A stretch of 64,000 bases of DNA from an uncultured bacterium. Lineage in GTDB: Bacteria; Bacteroidota; Bacteroidia; Bacteroidales; Bacteroidaceae. Both the position numbers and the translations under genes were made by a program. The notes beneath the pieces are model-generated. The model searched no databases, was not told the origin of the DNA, and saw only the letters and a list, made by a program, of their open reading frames with translations. Each line of letters starts with the position of its first letter. Positions within the stretch are counted from its first letter, which is position 1. Below, one piece after another: positions 9,501-17,266 of this stretch. The stretch spans positions 15,195 to 79,194 of the forward strand of contig CAJMSE010000013.1 in assembly GCA_905216025.1 (NCBI GenBank), written 5' to 3'.

Positions 9501-10241
9501 GAAGGAATGGTAGGCGGACGGCTGAAATGGAGCGACGGCTCTGAAGGCGAGACGCTGACTCTGGAGAAGTTGGAAGAGTCATGCTCGCGCACGGTGGAGT
9601 ATATCATCGGCGGCAATACGGTGTTCTCTTTCACATACAACATTCTCGTGAAGGAGACGGAAGACCGTCTGGTGGATGTGGACGACTATCACATCATTGA
9701 GCGTGCCACAGGTCGCTATCTGACATATACAGGTGAAGAGGGTGAGACTCCGGCATTCGCGGAGAAGGACAGCGATGCCCCGCAGACGCAGATATGGACC
9801 ATATCGCGCAGTTCGATGGCACGCTACGACATCATCTCGAAGCTCAACAACATGTATCTGGACAAGTCGGGAGTGATGAGGACCATGACGATGCGTCCGC
9901 ACCGCCTGCAGGCTGCAGCCGGAACGATGTATTTCGCCATCCATAACTCTGCCACTTCCGGAAACATCTATTGGACGGTGAACGGGGATGGAACGGTCAA
10001 TTATGAGGGTGCCCCCGAGTTGTACGGCTATCCGTTCGAACTGGTGAAGGCTCTATCAGACCCTGACGGCATCGACGGCGTAACCGATAATGCAGCCGGA
10101 GAGGTGAAGGCCGTGGAGCTGTTCAATGCCGGAGGCGCACGCATAGAGCATCTCGTGCCCGGCATCAACATCCGCAAGATGTATATGAGAGACGGCCGTG
10201 TGATTACCGACAAGATTGTAGTGTCGCGGAACGGGCGTTGA
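6537..10241 (+). CDS. 1234-aa secreted multidomain protein: LamG-like domain, alginate-lyase/heparinase-like helical domain, three ~85-aa beta-sandwich repeats, trefoil-like segment, T9SS-like C-terminal domain
   Basis: Signal peptide MKQFQRLRKTCVALAVLLAGTGAAAQ. LamG-type LHYTFENVSG...GELYIDGRLAG. Helical region with HPGGLHTQADFDRVK, AMAYQNALRWKIDG, ILMAWARGN and QESGRDQGHA. Tail VKAVELFNAGGARIEHLVPGINIRKMYMRDGRVITDKIVV. Confidence 0.8.
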   Translation: MKQFQRLRKTCVALAVLLAGTGAAAQTAGLRLHYTFENVSGTQVPDASPSGVTAELKNEAKVFKMGKYHVLNLGKGTGYLDMGENAGKVVKDLADFSVSAYYFVEEDASLSGAGYFLWAFSALDANTQTAGPYMAYRLNAQRFATSTGGWGGEAGIEKGGEAAKGKWSHVLYRQSGATGELYIDGRLAGKNTEMPVLNATFTAAPRYCWIGRAPFSADNYLKGTYMTDFRVYDAAVTDEEVASLAAVAKDLDNEYFYGDPGDFTALKKLLEECEGFVAGASGTYLQNAVDEVQDEIEMARLLIAAATASQPMIDKRLESMQAALDHALTTAGITFGEVSHFMPENHGFVHPGGLHTQADFDRVKQMLADGDPTITAAMKLLRSNEYSQSGVATWPVWEIIRGGGSGQNYINACRGAAMAYQNALRWKIDGTKANADGAVRILMAWARGNKYVGGDTNKSLAAGLTGYQFAQAAELMRDYEGWSRDDFEEFKRYMLATWYPVACDFLRRRHDTWANWVQAAKGERPGHYWSNWGLCNVLCLMNIGILCDDVHIYNQGVSFYKYDHVGTFVEDRSQASVILNDGCNEFIGNLVPVVHADDRGPFGYLGQMQESGRDQGHALMAAGLAVDICKVGLNQGDDLYAYMNDRLAAGLEWTAAYNHSGVDDLPWTGYNYTDRGGWMGAGWQQDGPNGGGRGGCRPYWDRVVGYYEGVRGVKMKYSEVAAKAVRGNSGTDAGGGNYGQNSGGFDHLGFTTLMDYRPAIDPAKAPVVLSGQIVYNGETLKNQTNLGGLKYKYEVCHTKAVPVGGKATLMPMLPEGVADNGSWKWETGETTKDITVDTDRSYIYRVHYTADNGAVSTQSFAIAVAGDNNPDVIHPEITVDGVIYVDTVKTVLYGDDVILYAGNSTGWSDEYLWSNGKKGNLIVVPNITSDRTYTVQYTNQGGNVTSKKFYLKVVYGVPSVVVDGTKYTDCSEVVVDKGRNVELRLALPEGMVGGRLKWSDGSEGETLTLEKLEESCSRTVEYIIGGNTVFSFTYNILVKETEDRLVDVDDYHIIERATGRYLTYTGEEGETPAFAEKDSDAPQTQIWTISRSSMARYDIISKLNNMYLDKSGVMRTMTMRPHRLQAAAGTMYFAIHNSATSGNIYWTVNGDGTVNYEGAPELYGYPFELVKALSDPDGIDGVTDNAAGEVKAVELFNAGGARIEHLVPGINIRKMYMRDGRVITDKIVVSRNGR

Positions 10242-10261
10242 ACGTGACCGCCATATAAGGC

Positions 10262-10311
10262 AGAGAGCCATATCAGTCTCCTCAGGACGGAGCGATATGG
10301 CTCTCTTTTTT
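10262..10311 (+). terminator. rho-independent terminator after the 1234-aa gene (possibly bidirectional, also facing fbp)
   Basis: 13-bp stem agagagccatatc/gatatggctctct followed by a T6 run. Confidence 0.7.
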
Positions 10312-10338
10312 ATGCGTTGCCGTACAGGATTTTGTGCG

Positions 10339-12324
10339 TCAGCGCTTTTCCTTTATTATTCCGTGCCTGTAGGCATAGAGCAGTTTCTTTAGGTCGGAAA
10401 TCTGCGAGCGCAGTTCGTCGCCCTTGTCGGTGTCGGCCACAAGCATGCGGTGGGTGGACATCTCGACAATCTGTGTGGTGCTCTTGATGTCCGTTCCGCG
10501 TTGTATAGAGTCGGCGGCGGAGGTGAAGGGCTCGTGCTGTACGAGCTGGAATCCGCGGCTATGGTAGACGAGGGTGTATCCGGCGATGCCTGTCTCCTTG
10601 TGGTACGCCTCGCTGAATCCGCCGTCTATGACCATCAGCTTGCCGTTGGCCTTGATTGGGTTCTCGCCCTTCGAGGCGTGCACGGGCACGTGGCCGTTTA
10701 TGATATGGCGGTTCTGGCCTTTCACGTTGAAGGCGTCGAGTATGCGGTCGCACACGGTCTCGTCGTCGCGCAGCTTGAAGTAGTTGCCCTTCTCCTCGTG
10801 ATAGGTGTCCTTGTCCTTGAGGAAATAGCGCTCGAAAGTGGCCATCTTCGACTTGTCGAACAGCGGGCTGTCCTTTCCGCACCACAGGTAGAGGAAGTAG
10901 TCGATGGCATATCTGCGCATGTCGGCATCCGTATCGCTCTCGAATGCCGAGCGTATCATCATCCCGATGTTCTGCATCAGTTCGAGACCGCTGTACCGTT
11001 TGCCTTTGTACAGTTCCACTTCCTTTAGCGTGCCGTCCTCGTTGAGAGGTATTGACGCATGGAAAAGCAGGTTGCTGTTGTATATGGCGTACATGCAGCC
11101 GTGGCTGAGGAGCGTGCGTATGTGCTTGCGGAGCTTCTCGCTGACGGTGAACGAGTGGCGCAGACGCTCCATGAGAATGCGCTCTTCTTCGGTAAGTTCG
11201 TACGGAGAGTCGGGGCTTACGGTGGGGAAGTTGCAACTGCACATGTCGTATTTCTTCCCGTCTATGGTGCACTTGCCGTGCGCGAAGTCGATGGAGCCGA
11301 GCAGGCAGCGGTCTGTCATGTTCCATTCGGGGCGGCGCCGGAATATGCGGGCTTCCTCCTTGAATTGTATTATGCTTATCGCCTTGTGCATCTTTGCCGT
11401 CAGCGCCATTGTCTTCTCGTCCATGGTGCCGCCTTTCAGCAGTTTCGGGACAAATTCTTCGCACGGATCTTCGCCGTAGACATCCATGGCGAAGGTGGCG
11501 AGGGGGACGAGGTTTATGCCGTAGCCTTCCTCAAGTGTGGTCAGGTTGGCATAGCGCAGGGAAAGGCGTAGCACGTTGCATATACACGCGGTATTGCCCG
11601 CACATGCGCCCATCCACAGGATATCGTGGTTTCCCCACTGTATGTCCCAGCTGTGATAGTTCTTCATCGTGTCCATGATGATGTGTGCCCCGGGTCCCCG
11701 ATCGTAGATGTCGCCGAGTATATGGAGCTGGTCTATGGCCAGCCTCTGTATCACTCCGCATAGCGCAATGATGAAGTCGTCGGCCCTTCCGGTTGTCACT
11801 ATGGTGTCGACGATGACGTTGACGTATGCCGCCTTGTCTGTGTCGGCTTTTCTTTCATGCAGCAGTTCCTCTATTATATAGCTGAAGTCTTCTGGTAGCG
11901 ACTTGCGAACCTTCGAGCGGGTGTACTTGCTGCTCACGTCGAGACATATCTTGACGAGGTTGTGGATGGTGATGTGATACCAGTCGTCGATGTCCGGTTC
12001 GGATGATTTTATCAGCTCGAGCTTCTCTTCCGGGTAATATATGAGCGTGCAAAGGTCTTTTTTCTCAGACTCGCGCATGTTGCCGGCGAAGAGCTCGTTG
12101 ACCTTGCGCTTTATGTTTCCCGAGGCATTTTTCAGTACGTGCTGGAACGCCTCGTTCTCGCCGTGTATGTCGGCGAGGAAGTGTTCGGTTCCTTTAGGCA
12201 GGTTCTGTATTGCCTCAAGGTTGATGATCTCCGTACTTGCGTCGGCTATAGTTGGAAATGATTGCGACAGAAGACAGAGATAACGGATGTCCGCATCCAT
12301 GTCGTTGTGGTTGATTGAAGTCAT
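10339..12324 (-). CDS. fbp: fructose-1,6-bisphosphatase class 3
   Basis: 661 aa. Metallophosphoesterase motifs FLADIHGENEAF, GDIYDRGP and WGNHD. The length and N-terminus are typical of class 3 FBPase. Confidence 0.9.
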   Translation of the reverse strand: MTSINHNDMDADIRYLCLLSQSFPTIADASTEIINLEAIQNLPKGTEHFLADIHGENEAFQHVLKNASGNIKRKVNELFAGNMRESEKKDLCTLIYYPEEKLELIKSSEPDIDDWYHITIHNLVKICLDVSSKYTRSKVRKSLPEDFSYIIEELLHERKADTDKAAYVNVIVDTIVTTGRADDFIIALCGVIQRLAIDQLHILGDIYDRGPGAHIIMDTMKNYHSWDIQWGNHDILWMGACAGNTACICNVLRLSLRYANLTTLEEGYGINLVPLATFAMDVYGEDPCEEFVPKLLKGGTMDEKTMALTAKMHKAISIIQFKEEARIFRRRPEWNMTDRCLLGSIDFAHGKCTIDGKKYDMCSCNFPTVSPDSPYELTEEERILMERLRHSFTVSEKLRKHIRTLLSHGCMYAIYNSNLLFHASIPLNEDGTLKEVELYKGKRYSGLELMQNIGMMIRSAFESDTDADMRRYAIDYFLYLWCGKDSPLFDKSKMATFERYFLKDKDTYHEEKGNYFKLRDDETVCDRILDAFNVKGQNRHIINGHVPVHASKGENPIKANGKLMVIDGGFSEAYHKETGIAGYTLVYHSRGFQLVQHEPFTSAADSIQRGTDIKSTTQIVEMSTHRMLVADTDKGDELRSQISDLKKLLYAYRHGIIKEKR

Positions 12325-13415
12325 ATTTCCAGATGCTTTATTATTGTTTTCTTAATCTTTTTGATTTGTCTGTCTTTTACGGCCGGCACCGGCATGAATC
12401 CTTCTTCGAGGCCCGTCATGTCTGCAAGAACCTGCATTATCCGGCCTGCATGCTTTGTCTGACCGCTCAGTTCGAGGGCGTTTATTACTTTGTTGTCCTC
12501 TATGTCCGGTCTTCTCAGTATTTGCGAGAGTTCCAGCAGGTCGCGTATGGTGATTGTATGGTCTGATACACGCTTGCGCGTCTCGCGGAGCATGGCCGCT
12601 ACATCGGCATTGATGCCATGACCGGTGCTTTTGAGGAGTCGTGCCGTGGCAGACTTCCTGTGCGGCAGGTATACGGGTATGTCCGGCAGACTGACGTCCG
12701 GAGCCGGCATGTTCAGCGTGCTGATGCCGCTTTGTATGGTATCAAGGATTTTTTCATGGTATGCGTATAACAGTATCTTACGCCACTCGCCGCCGTCCAG
12801 TTCCTTTACGGTGGAGTATTCGGTGTCGTCGAGCCACTGTTCGTTGCGCGTCTGCCCGGCTTTTATCAGTGCCCTAAGCGCGATGACGGTATCAGCTTTC
12901 ATCAGTGGGTAGACATTGGTGTCGAGCACCTTGCGGTAGATGGAAAGGACGGCAAGTCCGGCCTCACGCTCGTCGACGGTCGACGTGATAAGCGGGTTGT
13001 GCACTATCTCGATACGCCTGTTCCATCCGAGTTGTCCGATGCTTCCGGCCTCCATTCGTCCCATAGCCACGATGGCGTAGGCCCTGCGGATTGTCCGCCG
13101 CTGGAAAGCGACAATCTTCGGTAACTTGTCGCGCCAGTAGTTTTGGCCTATTATCCACGATTCGAGCTGGCCGTGGGGACTCAGTACATATCTTATACCT
13201 TTCTTTAAGGCATGCGAGGCGGCTGAAGCTGTGGATGAATTCCAGCATCCGTGAAGGTGTACGATGTCCGGATGCCATGTCTTCACTTTCTTCTTGAAGT
13301 CTGACAGGGTGCATGCTTTATCCGTTCCGGCATATTCGCCCATGGCAAGTACCAGCATGTCCACGTACCTGGTGACCATGTCTGCCTTGTCAGGATAAAA
13401 ATGCAGCACTCTCAT
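12321..13415 (-). CDS. glycosyltransferase-4-like N-terminal half fused to a helical C-terminal domain (function unknown)
   Basis: MRVLHFYP...HLHGCWNS...LSPHGQLE resembles the Glyco_trans_4 subdomain. I could not see a GT-B C-terminal E-x7-E region. The stop overlaps the fbp ATG (tcat at 12321-12324). Confidence 0.6.
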   Translation of the reverse strand: MRVLHFYPDKADMVTRYVDMLVLAMGEYAGTDKACTLSDFKKKVKTWHPDIVHLHGCWNSSTASAASHALKKGIRYVLSPHGQLESWIIGQNYWRDKLPKIVAFQRRTIRRAYAIVAMGRMEAGSIGQLGWNRRIEIVHNPLITSTVDEREAGLAVLSIYRKVLDTNVYPLMKADTVIALRALIKAGQTRNEQWLDDTEYSTVKELDGGEWRKILLYAYHEKILDTIQSGISTLNMPAPDVSLPDIPVYLPHRKSATARLLKSTGHGINADVAAMLRETRKRVSDHTITIRDLLELSQILRRPDIEDNKVINALELSGQTKHAGRIMQVLADMTGLEEGFMPVPAVKDRQIKKIKKTIIKHLEI

Positions 13416-13418
13416 AGC

Positions 13419-14558
13419 TTATTTGCGTATAAAGTCGTAGCGGTCGGACATCCTGTGCCGCAGCATCAGCTGGGCATTGACGAATATCACGCTAATCTCG
13501 AAGAATGGTATCTTGAAGAACGGAATATACTCACCGAAGGCGTCAAGCGCTTTCTTGCAGATGATGGTACGCAGGGTAACGGTGAGTATCAGTGAGACCG
13601 CGGCAACGGCGGTGAGTATATAATTGGCGCTTATGAGCGAGCCGGCAATGGCCGACAGCTCGAGGATATAGTTCAGATGGAGCAGCAGCATGTCGGTGTT
13701 GAACAGGCTGCGGTATCCTCGGCTCCTGCTCAGGTGCTTCCTTGTCTCCATGTAATACAGCTTCGTATTCAGCCACGACTTCCTTGACGGGGTGTTCCTG
13801 TGCATGAAAGAAGTGGGGGAGGGGGATATGGCCGTGCGGCCGGGGCGGCAGTACTCATTCACCATGAAGTCGTATTCGCCCCGCAGATACTTGAGGTTTT
13901 GCAGGAAACCGTTGCTCTTCATGAACGTACTTTTGCGTACGGCAAGGTTGCCTCCGCATGCCCTGTAGGCGTATTTGCGGGTGGCCTGACGCATCGAATA
14001 AAGTGCGGTGAGCAACTGATCGAAGCGGTAGAAGGTCTTGGATTCGGAATCGTAATTGGTATATCCGATTACAATGTCGTTCGATACGGTGCATGACTGC
14101 GCCATCGTGGCGAGCCACAGGTCGGTATCCGGGGCGCAGTCGGCATCGGTAAATATAATCCACTCGTATCTTGCGGCTTTCACTCCGACGGTCAGAGCCA
14201 GTTTTCTGCGGCTAAGATAGTGGCTCGACTGCGGAATGAACGTCGTGTAAAGGTTGCTGTATTCGTTTTTGAGGAGAGTCAGCACGTCGTCCGTTTCGTC
14301 GCTCGACGATTCGTCTACTACTATCACTTCAAATTCTGCGGGATACTGCTGTGAAAGCAATAGCGGGAGGTTGACCTTCAGTTCTTCCGCATTGTCGTGT
14401 GCCGCAATCACGATAGAGAGCTGGGGGGCCTTGCCGTCGGCGTTCCCGTCTCCTTCTCTTTTCTTTGGTATACGGAAGAAGCCATTGCACAATGAGGTTA
14501 TTACAGCAGACAGGATAAGTACGCTGCAAACAACTATTGTAATAATATCTATCTCCAT
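13419..14558 (-). CDS. membrane-bound glycosyltransferase family 2
   Basis: N-terminal TM segment, LSIVIAAHDNAEEL, VVDESSSDET, a FTDADC (DxD) motif, and C-terminal hydrophobic segments. Confidence 0.8.
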   Translation of the reverse strand: MEIDIITIVVCSVLILSAVITSLCNGFFRIPKKREGDGNADGKAPQLSIVIAAHDNAEELKVNLPLLLSQQYPAEFEVIVVDESSSDETDDVLTLLKNEYSNLYTTFIPQSSHYLSRRKLALTVGVKAARYEWIIFTDADCAPDTDLWLATMAQSCTVSNDIVIGYTNYDSESKTFYRFDQLLTALYSMRQATRKYAYRACGGNLAVRKSTFMKSNGFLQNLKYLRGEYDFMVNEYCRPGRTAISPSPTSFMHRNTPSRKSWLNTKLYYMETRKHLSRSRGYRSLFNTDMLLLHLNYILELSAIAGSLISANYILTAVAAVSLILTVTLRTIICKKALDAFGEYIPFFKIPFFEISVIFVNAQLMLRHRMSDRYDFIRK

Positions 14559-14624
14559 ATATATAGCTGTTTATTTCAACTTATATAGCTATTCTTTTCA
14601 ACTTATATAGCCGTTTACTTCAAC
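14559..14624. repeat. 3 x 22-bp tandem direct repeat filling the lysA-GT2 spacer
   Basis: Units atatatagctgtttatttcaac / ttatatagctattcttttcaac / ttatatagccgtttacttcaac, matching 18-19 of 22 positions pairwise. Unit 3 contains the lysA stop codon (14615-14617). Unit 1 abuts the GT2 ATG (14558). Confidence 0.85.
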
Positions 14625-15775
14625 TCGCTGCTCAGATATCCTTTGGGGAGGGCACGGCAATTGTACTGTGAAGCCATGATTTCTCCGTATGCGCCGGCAG
14701 ACATTATGGCAATGAGGTCGCCGCGGCTCACCTTGTTCAGTTCCTCGCTCTTTCCGAAGACATCGCTCGACTCGCATATAGGGCCGACAACGTCGTAGGT
14801 CTCGCAAGGCCCAGTGCTTGAGACGTTGACTATTTTGTGATGCGCCTGATACAGAGCTGGTCTTATCAGGTCGGTCATTCCGGCATCGACGATGGCGAAC
14901 TGCTTGTTAGTGCCTTGCTTTACATATAATGTTCTGGTGACCAGCGTCCCGCATTGGCCTACCACGGCACGTCCGAGCTCGAAGTGTAGCTTCTGGTCTG
15001 CGCCCAGTTTGAGATGCTTTGCGTAGCTGTCGAAGTAGCTCTTGAAATCCGGAACAGGGTTGTTCTCCGGCGAAACATAGTCTATTCCCAAGCCTCCGCC
15101 GACGTTGATGTTTGGCACGGTGATGCCGTTGGCCTTGAGATTGTCCTGTATTTCGTTTATCCGGTCGCACAGAGCAGCGAATACAGACATGTCGAGTATC
15201 TGTGAACCGACGTGGAAATGCAGGCCTACGAGCTCGACGTTGGCCATGCCCTTCATCGCCTCGAGCACGCCGTCGACGTCTGCCAGGGCTATGCCGAACT
15301 TGTTTTCGGCCAGTCCCGTGGTGATGTTGGCATGAGTATGGGCATCGACATCTGGGTTTATGCGGAGGGCAACACGTGCTGTCTTGCCTCTCTCGCTGGC
15401 CAGCATGTCGATGACTTCCAGCTCGGCGAGGCTCTCTACGTTGAAGCAGAAGATGCCGTTGTCAAGTGCCAAGCTAATCTCCCAATCACTTTTACCTACT
15501 CCGGCAAAGACGATGTCGGACGGTGTGAAGCCTGTCTTGAGGGCGATTTCTATCTCACCGCCGCTTACACAGTCGGCACCGAGCCCGGCACAGCTGATTA
15601 TCTTCAGGATTGCCGGATTGGCATTGGCTTTTATCGCATAGTGGACAACGAAGTTGCCGTGCTTTCCAGCCTCTGTCTTTATTGTCTTCAGAGTGGCTTG
15701 CAGCAGTTCCGTGTCGTAGTAATAGAACGGTGTCTGCAATGCCGCGAATTTCTCTGTCGGATATACTCTCTTCAT
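14615..15775 (-). CDS. lysA: diaminopimelate decarboxylase
   Basis: 386 aa. PLP-lysine region HYAIKANANPAIL, GGGLGI, and the Orn/DAP/Arg decarboxylase architecture. Confidence 0.9.
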   Translation of the reverse strand: MKRVYPTEKFAALQTPFYYYDTELLQATLKTIKTEAGKHGNFVVHYAIKANANPAILKIISCAGLGADCVSGGEIEIALKTGFTPSDIVFAGVGKSDWEISLALDNGIFCFNVESLAELEVIDMLASERGKTARVALRINPDVDAHTHANITTGLAENKFGIALADVDGVLEAMKGMANVELVGLHFHVGSQILDMSVFAALCDRINEIQDNLKANGITVPNINVGGGLGIDYVSPENNPVPDFKSYFDSYAKHLKLGADQKLHFELGRAVVGQCGTLVTRTLYVKQGTNKQFAIVDAGMTDLIRPALYQAHHKIVNVSSTGPCETYDVVGPICESSDVFGKSEELNKVSRGDLIAIMSAGAYGEIMASQYNCRALPKGYLSSELK

Positions 15776-15796
15776 GTTTGTGTTTGCTGCTTATGC

Positions 15797-17122
15797 TTAT
15801 TTGTTGTTGTAGAACAGTGTTTTGCTCAGGCTTTGTAGTGCCCGCTTCTTGTCTTCTTCCCTTATCAGGAACGAGATGTTATAGTTGGAGCCTCCGTATG
15901 ATATCATTCTTACGGGGATGTTCCTCATCGCCTCCGCCGCAATGGATTCGAATCCGACGTTGCTCCAGTCGAGGTCGCCGACGACACAGATAATGCACAT
16001 GTTGCTGTCGACGGTCACGGTGCCGTACTTTTTCAGTTCGTCTACAATCTCGGTGAGGTGCGATGAGTTGTCGATGCTCATTGAAACGCCGACCTCCGAG
16101 GTGCACACCATGTCGATGGGAGTCTGGTGACTCTCGAATATCTCGAACACCTTGCGGAGGAATCCGGTGGCAAGGAGCATCCTGCTGCTCTTTATCTTGA
16201 TGGCCGTGATGTTGTCCTTGGCGGCCACGGCTTTGAACTTGCCGTATTCAGTAGTGTTGCTTATGGTCGTTCCCTCTGCTTCCGGGTCCATCGTGTTCAG
16301 AAGCCTGACGGGTATTCCTGCGTATTTTGCCGGCTGGATACATGTCGGATGCAGTATCTTCGCACCGAAGTATGCCAGCTCTGCGGCCTCCTCGAAGTGC
16401 AGCTGATGCACGGGGTCTGTCTTTTCGACAATGCGCGGGTCGCTGTTGTGCATGCCGTCGATGTCCGTCCATATCTGAATTTCCTCAGCATTGATGGCTG
16501 CTCCGATGAGTGAGGCGGTGTAGTCGCTTCCTCCACGCTGCAGGTTGTCAATCTCGTCGTATGCGTTACGGCAGATGAAACCTTGTGTGATATATACCAT
16601 CGAGCCCTTCTCAGCTTCCATGATTTCATGTAGTTTCTCCCTGATTACGGGGATATTAGGTTCCGAGTTCTTATCCGTGCGCATGAAGTCGAGTGCCGAA
16701 AGCAGCGAGACCTTTATCCCGTTTTCCTTCATGTAGTTGGTCACCATGTTCGTGCTGATAATCTCTCCCTGTGCGATTATCACCTTTTCCTCGAAGCTCG
16801 TGAACAGTTCCTTGGTGAAAGAGCGCAGGTATTTGAACTCGTCCTGCAGGAACTTGGAGGTCTTCTGCTGCCACTCATCGGTCGAGTACAGCTCCTTCAC
16901 ATGATTCATGTAGGTCCGTTCCAACTGGTTTATTACCTCGTTGGCTCCTTCTGGGTTCTTCTTATATAGATAGTCTGATATTTCAACAAGTGAATTTGTT
17001 GTGCCGGACATGGCCGACAGGACAACAAAAACAGGCTCATTGGATGATACAACGAGCTTCGTAACGTCTTTCATACGACTTGGAGTGCCGACTGAGGTGC
17101 CTCCAAACTTCATCACTTTCAT
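15797..17122 (-). CDS. lysC: aspartate kinase
   Basis: MKVMKFGGTSVG N-terminus and C-terminal ACT-like region. Adjacent to lysA. Confidence 0.9.
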   Translation of the reverse strand: MKVMKFGGTSVGTPSRMKDVTKLVVSSNEPVFVVLSAMSGTTNSLVEISDYLYKKNPEGANEVINQLERTYMNHVKELYSTDEWQQKTSKFLQDEFKYLRSFTKELFTSFEEKVIIAQGEIISTNMVTNYMKENGIKVSLLSALDFMRTDKNSEPNIPVIREKLHEIMEAEKGSMVYITQGFICRNAYDEIDNLQRGGSDYTASLIGAAINAEEIQIWTDIDGMHNSDPRIVEKTDPVHQLHFEEAAELAYFGAKILHPTCIQPAKYAGIPVRLLNTMDPEAEGTTISNTTEYGKFKAVAAKDNITAIKIKSSRMLLATGFLRKVFEIFESHQTPIDMVCTSEVGVSMSIDNSSHLTEIVDELKKYGTVTVDSNMCIICVVGDLDWSNVGFESIAAEAMRNIPVRMISYGGSNYNISFLIREEDKKRALQSLSKTLFYNNK

Positions 17123-17200
17123 ATTCCTTACTATATTATATTGTTATTATACTCTGGTTGTTTACTGCTTGCCGTCTGGTTGTCAGCAACTTATTGTCCG

Positions 17201-17266
17201 GTCGTTTGTCATTTGAACCTTAGTCGTTTGCCATTCAAGCCTTGGCCGTTTGCCGCTTTCAGACTG
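17201..17266. repeat. ~2.5 x 22-bp degenerate tandem repeat in the ftsE-lysC spacer
   Basis: Units gtcgtttgtcatttgaacctta / gtcgtttgccattcaagccttg (17 of 22 identical) / gccgtttgccgctttcagactg (12 of 22). The last unit overlaps the ftsE stop codon (17259-17261). Confidence 0.6.

Noticed and set aside
14559-14624. Possible mini-CRISPR array (regularly spaced 22-bp repeats)
   Set aside because: The units are directly adjacent with no spacers, there are only three of them, they overlap a coding 3' end, and no cas genes are in the window. This is a tandem duplication, not CRISPR.
17123-17258. Lysine riboswitch (L-box) upstream of lysC
   Set aside because: The leader is only 136 nt and lacks L-box core strings. 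It is dominated by the 22-bp tandem repeat.
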